DNA of 64,000 nt from positions 1 through 64,000 of the IMG/VR virus record IMGVR_UViG_3300033153_005812. One strand, written 5' to 3'. Numbering within the stretch: position 1 is the first letter of the stretch; each line of letters opens with the position of its first letter. Made by a program: the position numbers and the translations under genes. Origin of the DNA: a virus. Under the pieces are notes generated by a model, which made no database searches, was not told where the DNA came from, and was given only the letters and a program-made list of their open reading frames with translations. Shown here in pieces: positions 36,977 through 45,950 of the stretch.

Positions 36977-37198
36977 ATGAGAATGGCGAAACGCAAATTA
37001 AAATTCAAACCTCGTCGGGCTCTGCTTAGATCAGATTTTAGAAAAACTCCAAAGCAAGAACCCCTCGCAGGAATGATTCTAATTGAGGGTGATGGTTGCA
37101 TCGCCGTAGATAAAATCAATAACTCGTTTCCTGATAAAGCAGAACGATTAGCGTACATCCGTGCTCTTATTGTAGGTATGGGCGGCTCACTTGAATAA
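36977..37198 (+). CDS. Cassette gene 6, hypothetical
   Basis: AAAGTAACGGAG RBS after the last repeat. Confidence 0.75.
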   Translation: MRMAKRKLKFKPRRALLRSDFRKTPKQEPLAGMILIEGDGCIAVDKINNSFPDKAERLAYIRALIVGMGGSLE

Positions 37199-37213
37199 AG
37201 TAAGGAGAACAAA

Positions 37214-37360
37214 ATGACAGAATATTATCTAAGACAAGCAGACCTTCGCAAAGATATTCCACTTCCAGATATGACAGATCTGATGGATTTTTGCGAGCAG
37301 GTTGATCGTAAAGAAAGAGCAAAAGAAAATCAGCGTAAAAAACAGGAGGAAGACAAATGA
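37214..37360 (+). CDS. Small hypothetical protein (48 aa)
   Basis: AAAGTAAGGAG RBS; ATGA overlap with the next gene. Confidence 0.6.
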   Translation: MTEYYLRQADLRKDIPLPDMTDLMDFCEQVDRKERAKENQRKKQEEDK

Positions 37361-37668
37361 CTAAAGTATATTACAGAGTTGTGAAGCCGATTAGTCCTAT
37401 ACACGAATTGAGAAAAGGTTCTACAGGTGAGCTTCTTTCTATTGAAGCTAACGGTCTGGAAAACGAGTATTTGACCTTACGATTTGAAGATGGAGTAGAA
37501 TTCTTTCATTCCAGTGAGGTTAAAATAGTAGGTATGCTCGTTCATACTATTTTAGGTGATCTATACCTTCTCAATTCTACTTCAAATTGGTGGTATCGCA
37601 CAGAACAGAATCCTTTTAGAAATCATAAGGAAGATACGAACACTGAGTCCTTAAATACCGGAGAATGA
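37357..37668 (+). CDS. Hypothetical protein
   Basis: GGAGG RBS. Confidence 0.65.
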   Translation: MTKVYYRVVKPISPIHELRKGSTGELLSIEANGLENEYLTLRFEDGVEFFHSSEVKIVGMLVHTILGDLYLLNSTSNWWYRTEQNPFRNHKEDTNTESLNTGE

Positions 37669-37669
37669 A

Positions 37670-37891
37670 ATGCTGCTTACATTACATGAAGATATGAATC
37701 CTCTTGCTGAGATTCACACACAAGGAGAAAATGAAAACAGAACAGCACGACTGAGACAACATCGAGTTGTGCTGAGAATACGTCAATTGCAAAGCGAAAA
37801 GAATCTACGAGGTTCTTTGAGTCTAATTCAAGATACTGAAATGATAACATTACAGGACGAGGCAAACAAGAACAATTGGCTCTACTGGTGA
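37670..37891 (+). CDS. Hypothetical protein
   Basis: ORF in operon. Confidence 0.55.
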   Translation: MLLTLHEDMNPLAEIHTQGENENRTARLRQHRVVLRIRQLQSEKNLRGSLSLIQDTEMITLQDEANKNNWLYW

Positions 37892-37915
37892 GAAGAAATT
37901 TATGGAGATAAGATA

Positions 37916-38137
37916 ATGCTATATGCAGAAATAACAATTAAGATTTCTGTTGACGAGAGTAAACTAACTGCAGAACAACAAGAACAAGCTAAGAAAGGGG
38001 ATGTAGATGTAACAGTTGAACATCCTCTTGAGAATGGTGTCGATGATTTACGCAATACCATCGAGAATATTGCTTTAGCTCGCTTTGAATATCTTGGTAA
38101 TGGTATTAAAGCAATAAAGATTGAAACGGAAGAGTAA
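37916..38137 (+). CDS. Acidic hypothetical protein
   Basis: GGAG RBS. Confidence 0.6.
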   Translation: MLYAEITIKISVDESKLTAEQQEQAKKGDVDVTVEHPLENGVDDLRNTIENIALARFEYLGNGIKAIKIETEE

Positions 38138-38257
38138 AGGAGAAAAGAAATGGCAAAAAAGAAATCAAGATACGAGAGAAAACTACAACGAAGAAAGATG
38201 AATAAAAATCTTACTTCTAATAGACTCACAAAACGCCATAAATAGGAAGATCGAAAA

Positions 38258-38695
38258 ATGAAAACAATAGACAATACTTTATTGAATTTCGAAGATATTC
38301 AAATCTATGCTGATAATCTAATAGATTCAGGTAGAGCAGAAAATGAGCCGCCTTTAACACAGAAAGAACGTTCTGAGCTTATTCTAAGATATCTTCATAC
38401 ATTCTTAGAATGGAATCTGTTAGATAAATATGTCTATTCATCTGTTTGGGTGTTAAACTATGTATCTATAAAAGATAATAGTCATAACGCCCTTACTACA
38501 ACTATAAAAACTGGAACTCAAAAAGAGGCTAAGAAAATAGCTATAGAAAAAATTAGTCGCTATTTGAGAACACCGATTCATTTCGAATATGACGATCAGG
38601 ACAATCTGGAAGAAGATCTTTACATGGTGGTTGATTCAAGAGGTGTTTATCGAGGAATGGTGGAGATTCAATTGGAGAAAATTGAAACAAGATGA
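38258..38695 (+). CDS. Hypothetical protein
   Basis: ORF in operon. Confidence 0.65.
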   Translation: MKTIDNTLLNFEDIQIYADNLIDSGRAENEPPLTQKERSELILRYLHTFLEWNLLDKYVYSSVWVLNYVSIKDNSHNALTTTIKTGTQKEAKKIAIEKISRYLRTPIHFEYDDQDNLEEDLYMVVDSRGVYRGMVEIQLEKIETR

Positions 38696-38913
38696 AAGAT
38701 CCTCACAGAAACAAACATAGCAGACACGTTAAAAGAACTGAGCCGAAATCAAACAAGCGAAGAGAACGTGCCGAAAATGTTAAAAAGCGATACACCGCAA
38801 CGGTCATGGATGTCTTATTTCGAAATAAACTACAAGATATGGACTTCGAAAAGTTGTTAAAACAAGGTATAATCAAAGAAATCAAAGACAATACGACAGG
38901 AGTGATCAAATGA
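38692..38913 (+). CDS. Basic hypothetical protein
   Basis: ATGA overlaps on both sides. Confidence 0.6.
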   Translation: MKDPHRNKHSRHVKRTEPKSNKRRERAENVKKRYTATVMDVLFRNKLQDMDFEKLLKQGIIKEIKDNTTGVIK

Positions 38914-39335
38914 TTAAAGTTTACATAGGTGCGAGTTTTCCCAGACAAAAAGAAGCTCAACTACTGGCTCTAAGACTTTCCCCCATAGTAGAAATTGTCT
39001 CTACTTGGCATAGAGATGATTTGAAAGCTGTCCCGAGAGATGGCGAAGAATGTTTTCACAGAGTAATGAGGGATCTCTCCCAAGTTAAAGATTCAGATTT
39101 AGTTATCATCTTTATCGGAGATGAACTCACTGGTGGAGGGAGACATACAGAGTTAGGTATAGCTATTGGAATGGGAAAGAATATAGCTATCATCGGAGAG
39201 TATGATTCTAATCCGTTCGAGCTTCTTCCTTATCTACATCCTTTCAGTTCAGCAGATAGTTTTGTAAAAGAACTGTTTTGTTTTCAAGATGATCTACAGA
39301 CGCATCTCGATAATTGGAGTCCAAAATTCAACTAA
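38910..39335 (+). CDS. Nucleoside 2-deoxyribosyltransferase-like protein
   Basis: KVYIGAS, RDLSQVKDSD, GRHTELGIA. Confidence 0.75.
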   Translation: MIKVYIGASFPRQKEAQLLALRLSPIVEIVSTWHRDDLKAVPRDGEECFHRVMRDLSQVKDSDLVIIFIGDELTGGGRHTELGIAIGMGKNIAIIGEYDSNPFELLPYLHPFSSADSFVKELFCFQDDLQTHLDNWSPKFN

Positions 39336-39524
39336 AGTGGGAGAACAAAATGAAAGAACAATTTTTGTGTGCTTGCGGAACCAACCTGAAGTGTAATGGA
39401 ATTTGTAGGGAGACAAATTTGTTTCGTAAAAGGAGCAATCTAACTCGTATGAATCGTTGTCCTGCCGCTTATAAAGTGAGTAAGTTGCAAAGAAGAATCA
39501 AAAAATAAAATATCGGAGAACAAA

Positions 39525-39860
39525 ATGGAAAAGTTAACACGAGCAGAAAGAAAAGAACGCAAAAAAGCTGATCGAGTTCGAAGCGATGCTGTTGGTATAT
39601 TCGCCGAAGCGATGCTGAGAAGATTGAAACGGCAAAATGAAAAAGACCAGCAAGGTGCTCTCCTCGGCCAGAAGAAAGACCACGATATTTGGTTCTACTT
39701 CAAAAGAATAAATGGAGAGCTCGGAGAACTGCGAGGAGCTTTGAAAAGATACGATATCAATCCTAACAGTGTGACCCGCGATGCTGTGTTAAGCGAATGC
39801 TGTGACATCGCTAACTTCGCAGCCGCTGTCGCGGAGAAGGTCGCTGAAGGTATAAGCTGA
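39525..39860 (+). CDS. All-alpha NTP pyrophosphatase-like (MazG fold) protein
   Basis: ELGEL..AL...ECCDIANFA. Confidence 0.55.
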   Translation: MEKLTRAERKERKKADRVRSDAVGIFAEAMLRRLKRQNEKDQQGALLGQKKDHDIWFYFKRINGELGELRGALKRYDINPNSVTRDAVLSECCDIANFAAAVAEKVAEGIS

Positions 39861-39867
39861 CCAAAGC

Positions 39868-39895
39868 CGTTCGGCTCACTGAGAGCAAACTGAGA
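39868..39895 (-). repeat. Inverted partial copy of the 20759-20786 element
   Basis: CGTTCGGCTCACTGAGAGCAAACTGAGA, 26/28 identity. Confidence 0.75.
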
Positions 39896-39946
39896 ACCCT
39901 GATGGTAGATGTGAGAGGCAACTGGGAGGCCTAAAAGGGGATTAAA

Positions 39947-40570
39947 ATGAAGCAAGAAAGAGATAAATCATTCGTCTGGATTTCGTGGCTTGCAAAGTTA
40001 CTCGCTGGAGAAATTCAATGCGAATTCGCGTGTTGGTTCAAATGCCATTATAAGTACGATAAAATCCCAAATGATTTTAACCTTGTTCGTTGGACGATGG
40101 ATCATAATCAGTTGGTTCATAAGACACGTGATGAATTAGAAAAGCAAGGTTATAAAGTCTTTATAGAAGACCAGAATGCTCTCAAGGTAGATATGCACGG
40201 AACTTGCGTTTCTGCAAAACCAGATATCGTAGCCATTAAAGACGACGAAAAGCTGGTTGTAGATTGTAAGACAGGCCGTTCGAAGAACAGCGATCACGTC
40301 CAAGTGATGCTCTATATGATGTTCCTCGAAGGTGAAGATTGGAAGGGGCGGATAGTCTACAAGACGACCAGCATTCCAATACCGAGTGTAGCTTTGAACA
40401 AGAGTTTTACAGATCTCGTAGAGAACACTGTTAAAAAACTTGGCTTTAATAACTCGACTCTTTCAAGGAGGGTTCCAAGCGAGAATGAATGTAGAAGGTG
40501 TGATATCACAAAGGAAGATTGTCCTGAGAGATTAGAGGATGATGGACAAGAACGCAAGCGATTCTTTTAA
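39947..40570 (+). CDS. Cas4-like PD-(D/E)XK nuclease
   Basis: KPDIV...VDCKTG, QVMLY, terminal CRRC....C Fe-S motif. Confidence 0.85.
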   Translation: MKQERDKSFVWISWLAKLLAGEIQCEFACWFKCHYKYDKIPNDFNLVRWTMDHNQLVHKTRDELEKQGYKVFIEDQNALKVDMHGTCVSAKPDIVAIKDDEKLVVDCKTGRSKNSDHVQVMLYMMFLEGEDWKGRIVYKTTSIPIPSVALNKSFTDLVENTVKKLGFNNSTLSRRVPSENECRRCDITKEDCPERLEDDGQERKRFF

Positions 40571-40817
40571 TAGGGGATTATGATGAGAATTTTCGGTTTT
40601 ATCTGTTTATCAGTTTTTGTTTTATCATTGACAGCAGTTGCAATTCTCTCTAATCGGAAGGAGAGAAAGAAAAGGAGACATAGAAAATGAAAGTAAAAAA
40701 GTTGAAACTTAAAAGGATGAAGGGACATAAATGGCGGAAGAAAATAGGCTGTTTTTTCTTTGGTCATCTATGGACTTTAGCACCTGATGGAAGTGGTGAT
40801 GTATTCTGTGAAAGGGG

Positions 40818-41075
40818 ATGTGGAAAATGAAACCGATAATTCTAAATGAGTATGGCGAGTACGTATTACCTCTAAATGATACAGAGGAAAAACTTTCCTT
40901 CGGTTGTGCAACTCACGGTGTTTGTGGGGGATTTGCAGATCTTAGTCGGGTGTCTAAAACTCATCAGGCTTTTCATTGCCGAATATGCAATTTTCGATTT
41001 GTATTTCCAATACAAATCGGTACGTGGAGAAAATTAAGACAGTATGCAGAAAAGATCGCACATTCCTGGTCGTGA
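40818..41075 (+). CDS. Hypothetical Cys/His protein
   Basis: CATHGVC, HCRIC. Confidence 0.55.
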   Translation: MWKMKPIILNEYGEYVLPLNDTEEKLSFGCATHGVCGGFADLSRVSKTHQAFHCRICNFRFVFPIQIGTWRKLRQYAEKIAHSWS

Positions 41076-41135
41076 ATACCAACAACATAATACAACTGAA
41101 TCGCCCTCCGAGATATTAACAGAAAGGAGATCAGA

Positions 41136-41492
41136 ATGACACCTGAAGAATTAGCAGAACTCTATCATAAATCTTATGAAGAACTGGCTCCTCATTTCAA
41201 TTACGAGACAAGAAATGAGAGTAAGAAACCTTGGAATGAGGTTCCTGAAAATAATAGAGAGTTGATGATCGCAGCCGCAAGAAGAGTTCTCTCTGTAATA
41301 AAGAGACAACAAAAGTTGACAGACTGTATGAGCGAATGTCATCTCATGGCGGAGCATGAACAATTAAAAAGGGATTTTATACTTTATGTTCAACACGCGG
41401 TTCTTTGCGAAAGTCGACTTAAAGATGCAGAGAACAACTCCTGTCCTTGCACCTGCGGTTTGGAAGAGATCTTACAGAGACTGAAAGGATAA
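41136..41492 (+). CDS. Hypothetical phage protein
   Basis: AAGGAG RBS; AELYHKSYEELAP..YETR..PW.EVPENNRELM. Confidence 0.7.
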   Translation: MTPEELAELYHKSYEELAPHFNYETRNESKKPWNEVPENNRELMIAAARRVLSVIKRQQKLTDCMSECHLMAEHEQLKRDFILYVQHAVLCESRLKDAENNSCPCTCGLEEILQRLKG

Positions 41493-41697
41493 GAGATGGA
41501 CCAAGAAGTGGAAATAGCAAGGATGAAAATGTTAGAATACAAAGCAGATCCTAAAACTGCTAAGACAGAAGAGTGCAAAATGTGGACTGTTCGTTATTTG
41601 CAGTTAAGCATATTGCACAAGAGTTGGGTGTAGATTAAGAGCCATAAGAGGGGGTACTGGGTTTGAGAGCTGTTATCGGGGGTGATAGGGAATAAAA

Positions 41698-41790
41698 CGG
41701 CTTCCCCAGCGATCGCTCAGAGGTCGTACAGGAGTAAGTCGATATAATAAGGCCAACTCATCAGAGCACGAGGCTTGTGGGAGCGGGTTA
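41698..41790 (+). repeat. Dispersed structured repeat, copy D (degenerate)
   Basis: CGGCTTCCCCAGCGATCGCTCAGAG (41698-41722) identical to copy A, with patchy similarity beyond. Confidence 0.85.
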
Positions 41791-41809
41791 TTACACCCGG
41801 AGAAAAAGA

Positions 41810-41968
41810 ATGACAAAGAAAGAGTTAATTAAGCAGTTGCAAGAATTCAGTGATGATGACAAAATATGGCTTCATCATAAGTTGTTAGGTGAAGTTATGC
41901 CAGAAGAAATTTTCGTTCTATTAGAAGAAGTTGAATTTACCGCAGATGGAATCTTGTTAGAGGGTTGA
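41810..41968 (+). CDS. Small hypothetical protein
   Basis: GGAG RBS, MTKKELIKQLQEF start. Confidence 0.55.
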   Translation: MTKKELIKQLQEFSDDDKIWLHHKLLGEVMPEEIFVLLEEVEFTADGILLEG

Positions 41969-41969
41969 A

Positions 41970-42257
41970 ATGAAAGTCAGGGAGAAAGAAAATCCAGAAG
42001 TAGTATTCTTCTCGTGTCTATTCAATGTTCACGCATACGGAGAGATATTAGGCTACGATGAAACATTCGGTTGTGATCTGTTCTATATCGAAGATCTCGA
42101 AGTCCTTCTTGAGAACAGTACGTGCAATATGATGAATGGTGTATGGAAAGATATGCGACAGGCGTTCAAAGATCATGATCTAATTACAGATAATCACAAT
42201 ACTCGCTTCTTTGAGCCTGCAAATGAAGAGGATAGAAAGAGAGGCTTTACGATATGA
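41970..42257 (+). CDS. Hypothetical protein
   Basis: ORF in operon. Confidence 0.6.
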   Translation: MKVREKENPEVVFFSCLFNVHAYGEILGYDETFGCDLFYIEDLEVLLENSTCNMMNGVWKDMRQAFKDHDLITDNHNTRFFEPANEEDRKRGFTI

Positions 42258-42958
42258 GCGATGAAACAGCAGCAGCAAAGTTAGCACGAGTTAGAAAACA
42301 GTTCAGTAAGGATGTTTGTCAAGGAAATCGCTTTGACGTCGGTTCTATCTGTCGAAATAAACCTCCTGAAACTACAAATTTTATGAACGCTTGTTTGTCT
42401 TGCCGTCTGCTGGAGACTTGCAGATTGTTGTTTGTAGACAAAGGAAGGACTAAGATGGAAGATTCTAAGCGAGAAGAGAGGGATAAGAATATAAGGCGAA
42501 TAGATGCACTTCTTGAAGAAGGTCAAAACCAAGAACAAGTAGTAAGTTCGCCCACCTATGCAGTATTGGAAAAGTACGGTTATCCGTGTAAACCATGTTT
42601 TCTGTGCATGTATTCGAATCCGAGTGATAATGGTAATTGTCTTCAGCGGCACTGGATGGATCAGTGTAACTTGCTTCAACTTTGGGAGAAACGGACAGCG
42701 ATAGACAAACAACAGGCGAGAGAAGCTGAAAGACTACAAGAGTTTGAAAAGTGGTTCGCCGAAGCTGAGTTTCCAAGTTGGTATGAGCAGTATTATGGGA
42801 GAGGTGTGAAAGATATACATCGTAAGATTGTCGAGAAGGGATGGGAAGCCGCGTTAATATGGGTGATGAAATTAGGGATGAAGTATTATGGAAATGATTT
42901 TCTCACTGATATGACAGAAATAAGCGACGATATAAGAAAAGAATTAGGAGAAGAATAA
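42254..42958 (+). CDS. Cys-rich hypothetical protein with C-terminal FEKW module
   Basis: CLSC, CFLC motifs; EFEKWF...WEAAL...KELGEE. Confidence 0.65.
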   Translation: MSDETAAAKLARVRKQFSKDVCQGNRFDVGSICRNKPPETTNFMNACLSCRLLETCRLLFVDKGRTKMEDSKREERDKNIRRIDALLEEGQNQEQVVSSPTYAVLEKYGYPCKPCFLCMYSNPSDNGNCLQRHWMDQCNLLQLWEKRTAIDKQQAREAERLQEFEKWFAEAEFPSWYEQYYGRGVKDIHRKIVEKGWEAALIWVMKLGMKYYGNDFLTDMTEISDDIRKELGEE

Positions 42959-43165
42959 GATGGAAGCCTTTGAAAAGTGGTTTGAAGAAGTCTATCGCGT
43001 TGACGACGTGAGTTATATAGATGCTAAAGCAGCGTGGAAAGCTGCGTTAAGATGGGTCTTAGAAGATATTGAATCTTTTCAGTGTCTTTATGATAGATGG
43101 CTTGTAATGAAACGCATTGAAAAAGAATTAGGAGAAGAATAAAATGGAAGCCTTTGAAAAGTGGT
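42937..43165 (+). repeat. 45-bp direct repeat (42937-42981, 43121-43165)
   Basis: AAAAGAATTAGGAGAAGAATAA(G/A)ATGGAAGCCTTTGAAAAGTGGT, one mismatch. Confidence 0.95.
42960..43142 (+). CDS. FEKW-module protein
   Basis: MEAFEKWF...WKAAL...KELGEE. Confidence 0.7.
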   Translation: MEAFEKWFEEVYRVDDVSYIDAKAAWKAALRWVLEDIESFQCLYDRWLVMKRIEKELGEE

Positions 43166-43470
43166 GGTCTGAAGCTGAATCTCAAATCAACCCAGATAGT
43201 TGCGAATCATTTATTGATAAGTGGTTAGAAGAGATAGCGAAAAAAGCATGGGACGCTGCGATAGACAATTGTAATTTGGTGTCCGATGCAATTCGCAAGT
43301 CAGCGTTCACCGGTGAAGAAGTTCTGGAGATCTTAGATAACTTACAAAGAACACTGGAGAGAACCAGATTTCCAAAGGCGTTCTTCCTAAAGGCTGTCTT
43401 CAAAATAATGAAAACCATGCCTACCGTCGAAAATATGATGAATGTAGCGAACAAAGATGAAGGAAAATAA
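43144..43470 (+). CDS. FEKW-module protein
   Basis: MEAFEKWW...WDAAI. Confidence 0.7.
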   Translation: MEAFEKWWSEAESQINPDSCESFIDKWLEEIAKKAWDAAIDNCNLVSDAIRKSAFTGEEVLEILDNLQRTLERTRFPKAFFLKAVFKIMKTMPTVENMMNVANKDEGK

Positions 43471-43843
43471 GATGAATCATAGTGATTTTCAAAAGAAAGT
43501 AAGTGAGTTATTGAAAAACAAAGGATGCTGGCTCTTCAACATTCATGGTCATAGAATGCAAAAGAGAGGTGTCCCAGATCTATTAGTTATTGGTTTAAGG
43601 TGGAAGGGTTTTTTAGAGTTCAAAATCGGGCGAGATAAATGTTCGAGAGTCCAGCAAAATGAAATGGAAAAAATCGAGAGGAGAGGAATGCCATGTTACG
43701 TTCTACGATACGATGAAGAAAACGATGCAATTCAAATAGAGAATAAGGGCGGTGATGAGCTGAATCTTGTAGTATGGGATGCGTTGTGGGACTGGCTAAA
43801 GAAGCACATCGGTGATCCTAATTATCATTGGGAATTACCGTGA
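43457..43843 (+). CDS. VRR-NUC-type nuclease (Holliday junction resolvase-like)
   Basis: GVPDLL...FLEFK...SRVQ. Confidence 0.85.
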   Translation: MKENKMNHSDFQKKVSELLKNKGCWLFNIHGHRMQKRGVPDLLVIGLRWKGFLEFKIGRDKCSRVQQNEMEKIERRGMPCYVLRYDEENDAIQIENKGGDELNLVVWDALWDWLKKHIGDPNYHWELP

Positions 43844-44109
43844 AAATTATCGGCTCACTTAATATTAGTGTTGAGATTCTTTATAATTGGATTAGCGTTC
43901 GTAGAGCAATTTCGTTATGTAATCCTCGAAGCCAAAAAACTCTTCGTCATCTTTGGATTTTTGTTTTTCCGTTGTTCGTTGTTCATTTTTGGGTGAATCA
44001 AAAATGTAATGTCTGCGACGGTCAAGGTCACAGAGAAAGATATGACTTAGGAGCTTCGTTTGAAGGTCCTTGTCCAAATTGTAATGGAACTGGAAGGCAA
44101 ACAAAATGA
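43828..44109 (+). CDS. Hypothetical protein with CxxCxGxG Zn-finger repeats
   Basis: CNVCDGQG...CPNCNGTG. Confidence 0.6.
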   Translation: MGITVKIIGSLNISVEILYNWISVRRAISLCNPRSQKTLRHLWIFVFPLFVVHFWVNQKCNVCDGQGHRERYDLGASFEGPCPNCNGTGRQTK

Positions 44110-44636
44110 AGAATTATGTACTGGGATTTTTGTTTAACAAATCTCAAAAGACAGTCCTACTTATTGAAAAGAAAAGACCAAAATGGCAAGCCGGTCGTTG
44201 GAACGGAATCGGCGGTAAGATTGAGGAGACAGATACTACTCCCTTAGAAGCAATGAAAAGAGAAGCCTGGGAAGAAATTGGTCACGATGTTGATTGGACA
44301 CACGTGCTTACAGTGGAACTGTTTCATCTGTCCGTCTTCGTCTATAAAGCTATCGATATTCCCGAACATGAAGCAATCTTCTTCGAGCAAAAAGAAGATG
44401 AATTACTAAAAGTTTGGCCGATAGATGCTCTTCCAGATGAAGTGATAAGCGATGTGAAATGGATGATACCTATCTGTCTTTCACCTCTCCAATTTCCGTT
44501 GATCATTCAGCAGGACACTCCGGGATCTGAGTGTCAAGGTTCAACAGAAAAATGGACGTGTCCGAAATGCAATTATAAAAATTCTCCTGAAGATAAGATC
44601 TGTAAGGGTCATACAGATTTTAGTACGATTAAGTAG
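44106..44636 (+). CDS. NUDIX hydrolase with C-terminal Zn finger
   Basis: GGKIE...AMKREAWEEIG; WTCPKCNYKN. Confidence 0.88.
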   Translation: MKNYVLGFLFNKSQKTVLLIEKKRPKWQAGRWNGIGGKIEETDTTPLEAMKREAWEEIGHDVDWTHVLTVELFHLSVFVYKAIDIPEHEAIFFEQKEDELLKVWPIDALPDEVISDVKWMIPICLSPLQFPLIIQQDTPGSECQGSTEKWTCPKCNYKNSPEDKICKGHTDFSTIK

Positions 44637-44792
44637 GATTTTTCTAAAATCAATGAAAGAAGTTGAAGACAGTAGTCCACGATGTCTGGATCTATATCAT
44701 TCCGTTGTTCGTTGTTCATATTTGGTAGGAGGTGAAAGATAACTTTTAGATCAACCAAACGTGCATCGACGATGAAAACCCGTAATTCTACA

Positions 44793-45009
44793 AGATTGCG
44801 GTTTACACGCAACGAGGTTTTAGATCTTGATTAGGCTTGGTAAACTACAAATAAAAAGAGGAAGTTGATGTAACTACTAATAACTGAACAATTTATAAAG
44901 ATATGCGAGTCTGTTTGTGTGTGTGTGTTATACATAAGGGGATAAAGTTGGAGAAGAGATGGTAAGCTCTGGGGAGATTGAGAATGTCGCTGCGTGTAAA
45001 CCGCAATCT
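44793..45009. repeat. 23-bp inverted repeat pair flanking 171 bp
   Basis: AGATTGCGGTTTACACGCAACGA (44793-44815) vs TCGCTGCGTGTAAACCGCAATCT (44987-45009), one mismatch. Confidence 0.9.
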
Positions 45010-45029
45010 ATGAAAAGTGGGGTGTTAGT

Positions 45030-45773
45030 ATGAATTACATTGAAGAAATATTCAGAGAAGCTGAACGAAAAAGAAAAGTTAATAATGAAGAACAATTAAG
45101 ACTGCAATCTTATCTTGATGAAGAAGGAATGCCAGATATGACCTGTCCATCCTGCAGATGTTATATCGGCGATGATATGAAGAAATGGGTGAAAGGGATG
45201 CACGGTGTTTCTTATGTTTGTAGAAAGTGTTATGAGAGGTTTGATAATTTACGGAAGACTCTACAAAGTAAACAAGGATTAAATGTAGGATCTCGTAGAA
45301 AAGAAAGTCAACCTCTATTTATATGTCCGTCTTGTAATAAAGAACGATCTCCTATTGTGGATAAGAAATTGACGATGAGAAAATGGTTAATAGATCCTGA
45401 AGACGGTTGGATCTGTATTTCTTGTAAGATAAGAAAGTATAGACAGATAAATGAAACAATAGGTTATACAAGTCAAATAGTTCTTCCTTATAATTTTTTG
45501 ATAAATGGATGGTGTCTTAGAGTTGCACGGATGAGATTACAAGAACTATTGATGAAAGAAGAAGATCCAAAAGATAGGTTGAAGAAGATCAGTGTGGAAA
45601 TCCTTGCTCAAGAAGCAGGAATGAAATCTAAATTCGACTGGTATCATTTAGAGAACGGTTCAACAAAGACGATAAAAAGATTAACTTGGGAACGCATTAA
45701 GTACGTTTTTCATAAGCACGGTCATGAAATAGAGGATTTAATGGAGAATTATAATGTGGCTGGAGACGAATAA
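45030..45773 (+). CDS. Zn-finger + XRE-like HTH regulator
   Basis: Four CxxC pairs; ISVEILAQEAGM...WYHLENGSTKTI. Confidence 0.65.
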   Translation: MNYIEEIFREAERKRKVNNEEQLRLQSYLDEEGMPDMTCPSCRCYIGDDMKKWVKGMHGVSYVCRKCYERFDNLRKTLQSKQGLNVGSRRKESQPLFICPSCNKERSPIVDKKLTMRKWLIDPEDGWICISCKIRKYRQINETIGYTSQIVLPYNFLINGWCLRVARMRLQELLMKEEDPKDRLKKISVEILAQEAGMKSKFDWYHLENGSTKTIKRLTWERIKYVFHKHGHEIEDLMENYNVAGDE

Positions 45774-45950
45774 AAGGTCTCTTAAAAATTTTCCCGCACG
45801 AGCGAGAATCTTAGAAAGTCTTCTTCTCTTGTAGATCTTTTATCGTAGATTATAAATCTTCGAAAGGAAAATGATGAAAGATTATCACTCAGAAGAGGGA
45901 GAATAGATATAAAATGATCTATCAAGACGACGTGAATCTTCAAAAGGAGG

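Noticed and set aside
39947-40570. CRISPR-Cas system from the Cas4-like gene
   Set aside because: Solo Cas4-like nucleases are common in phages; no cas1/cas2 or array.
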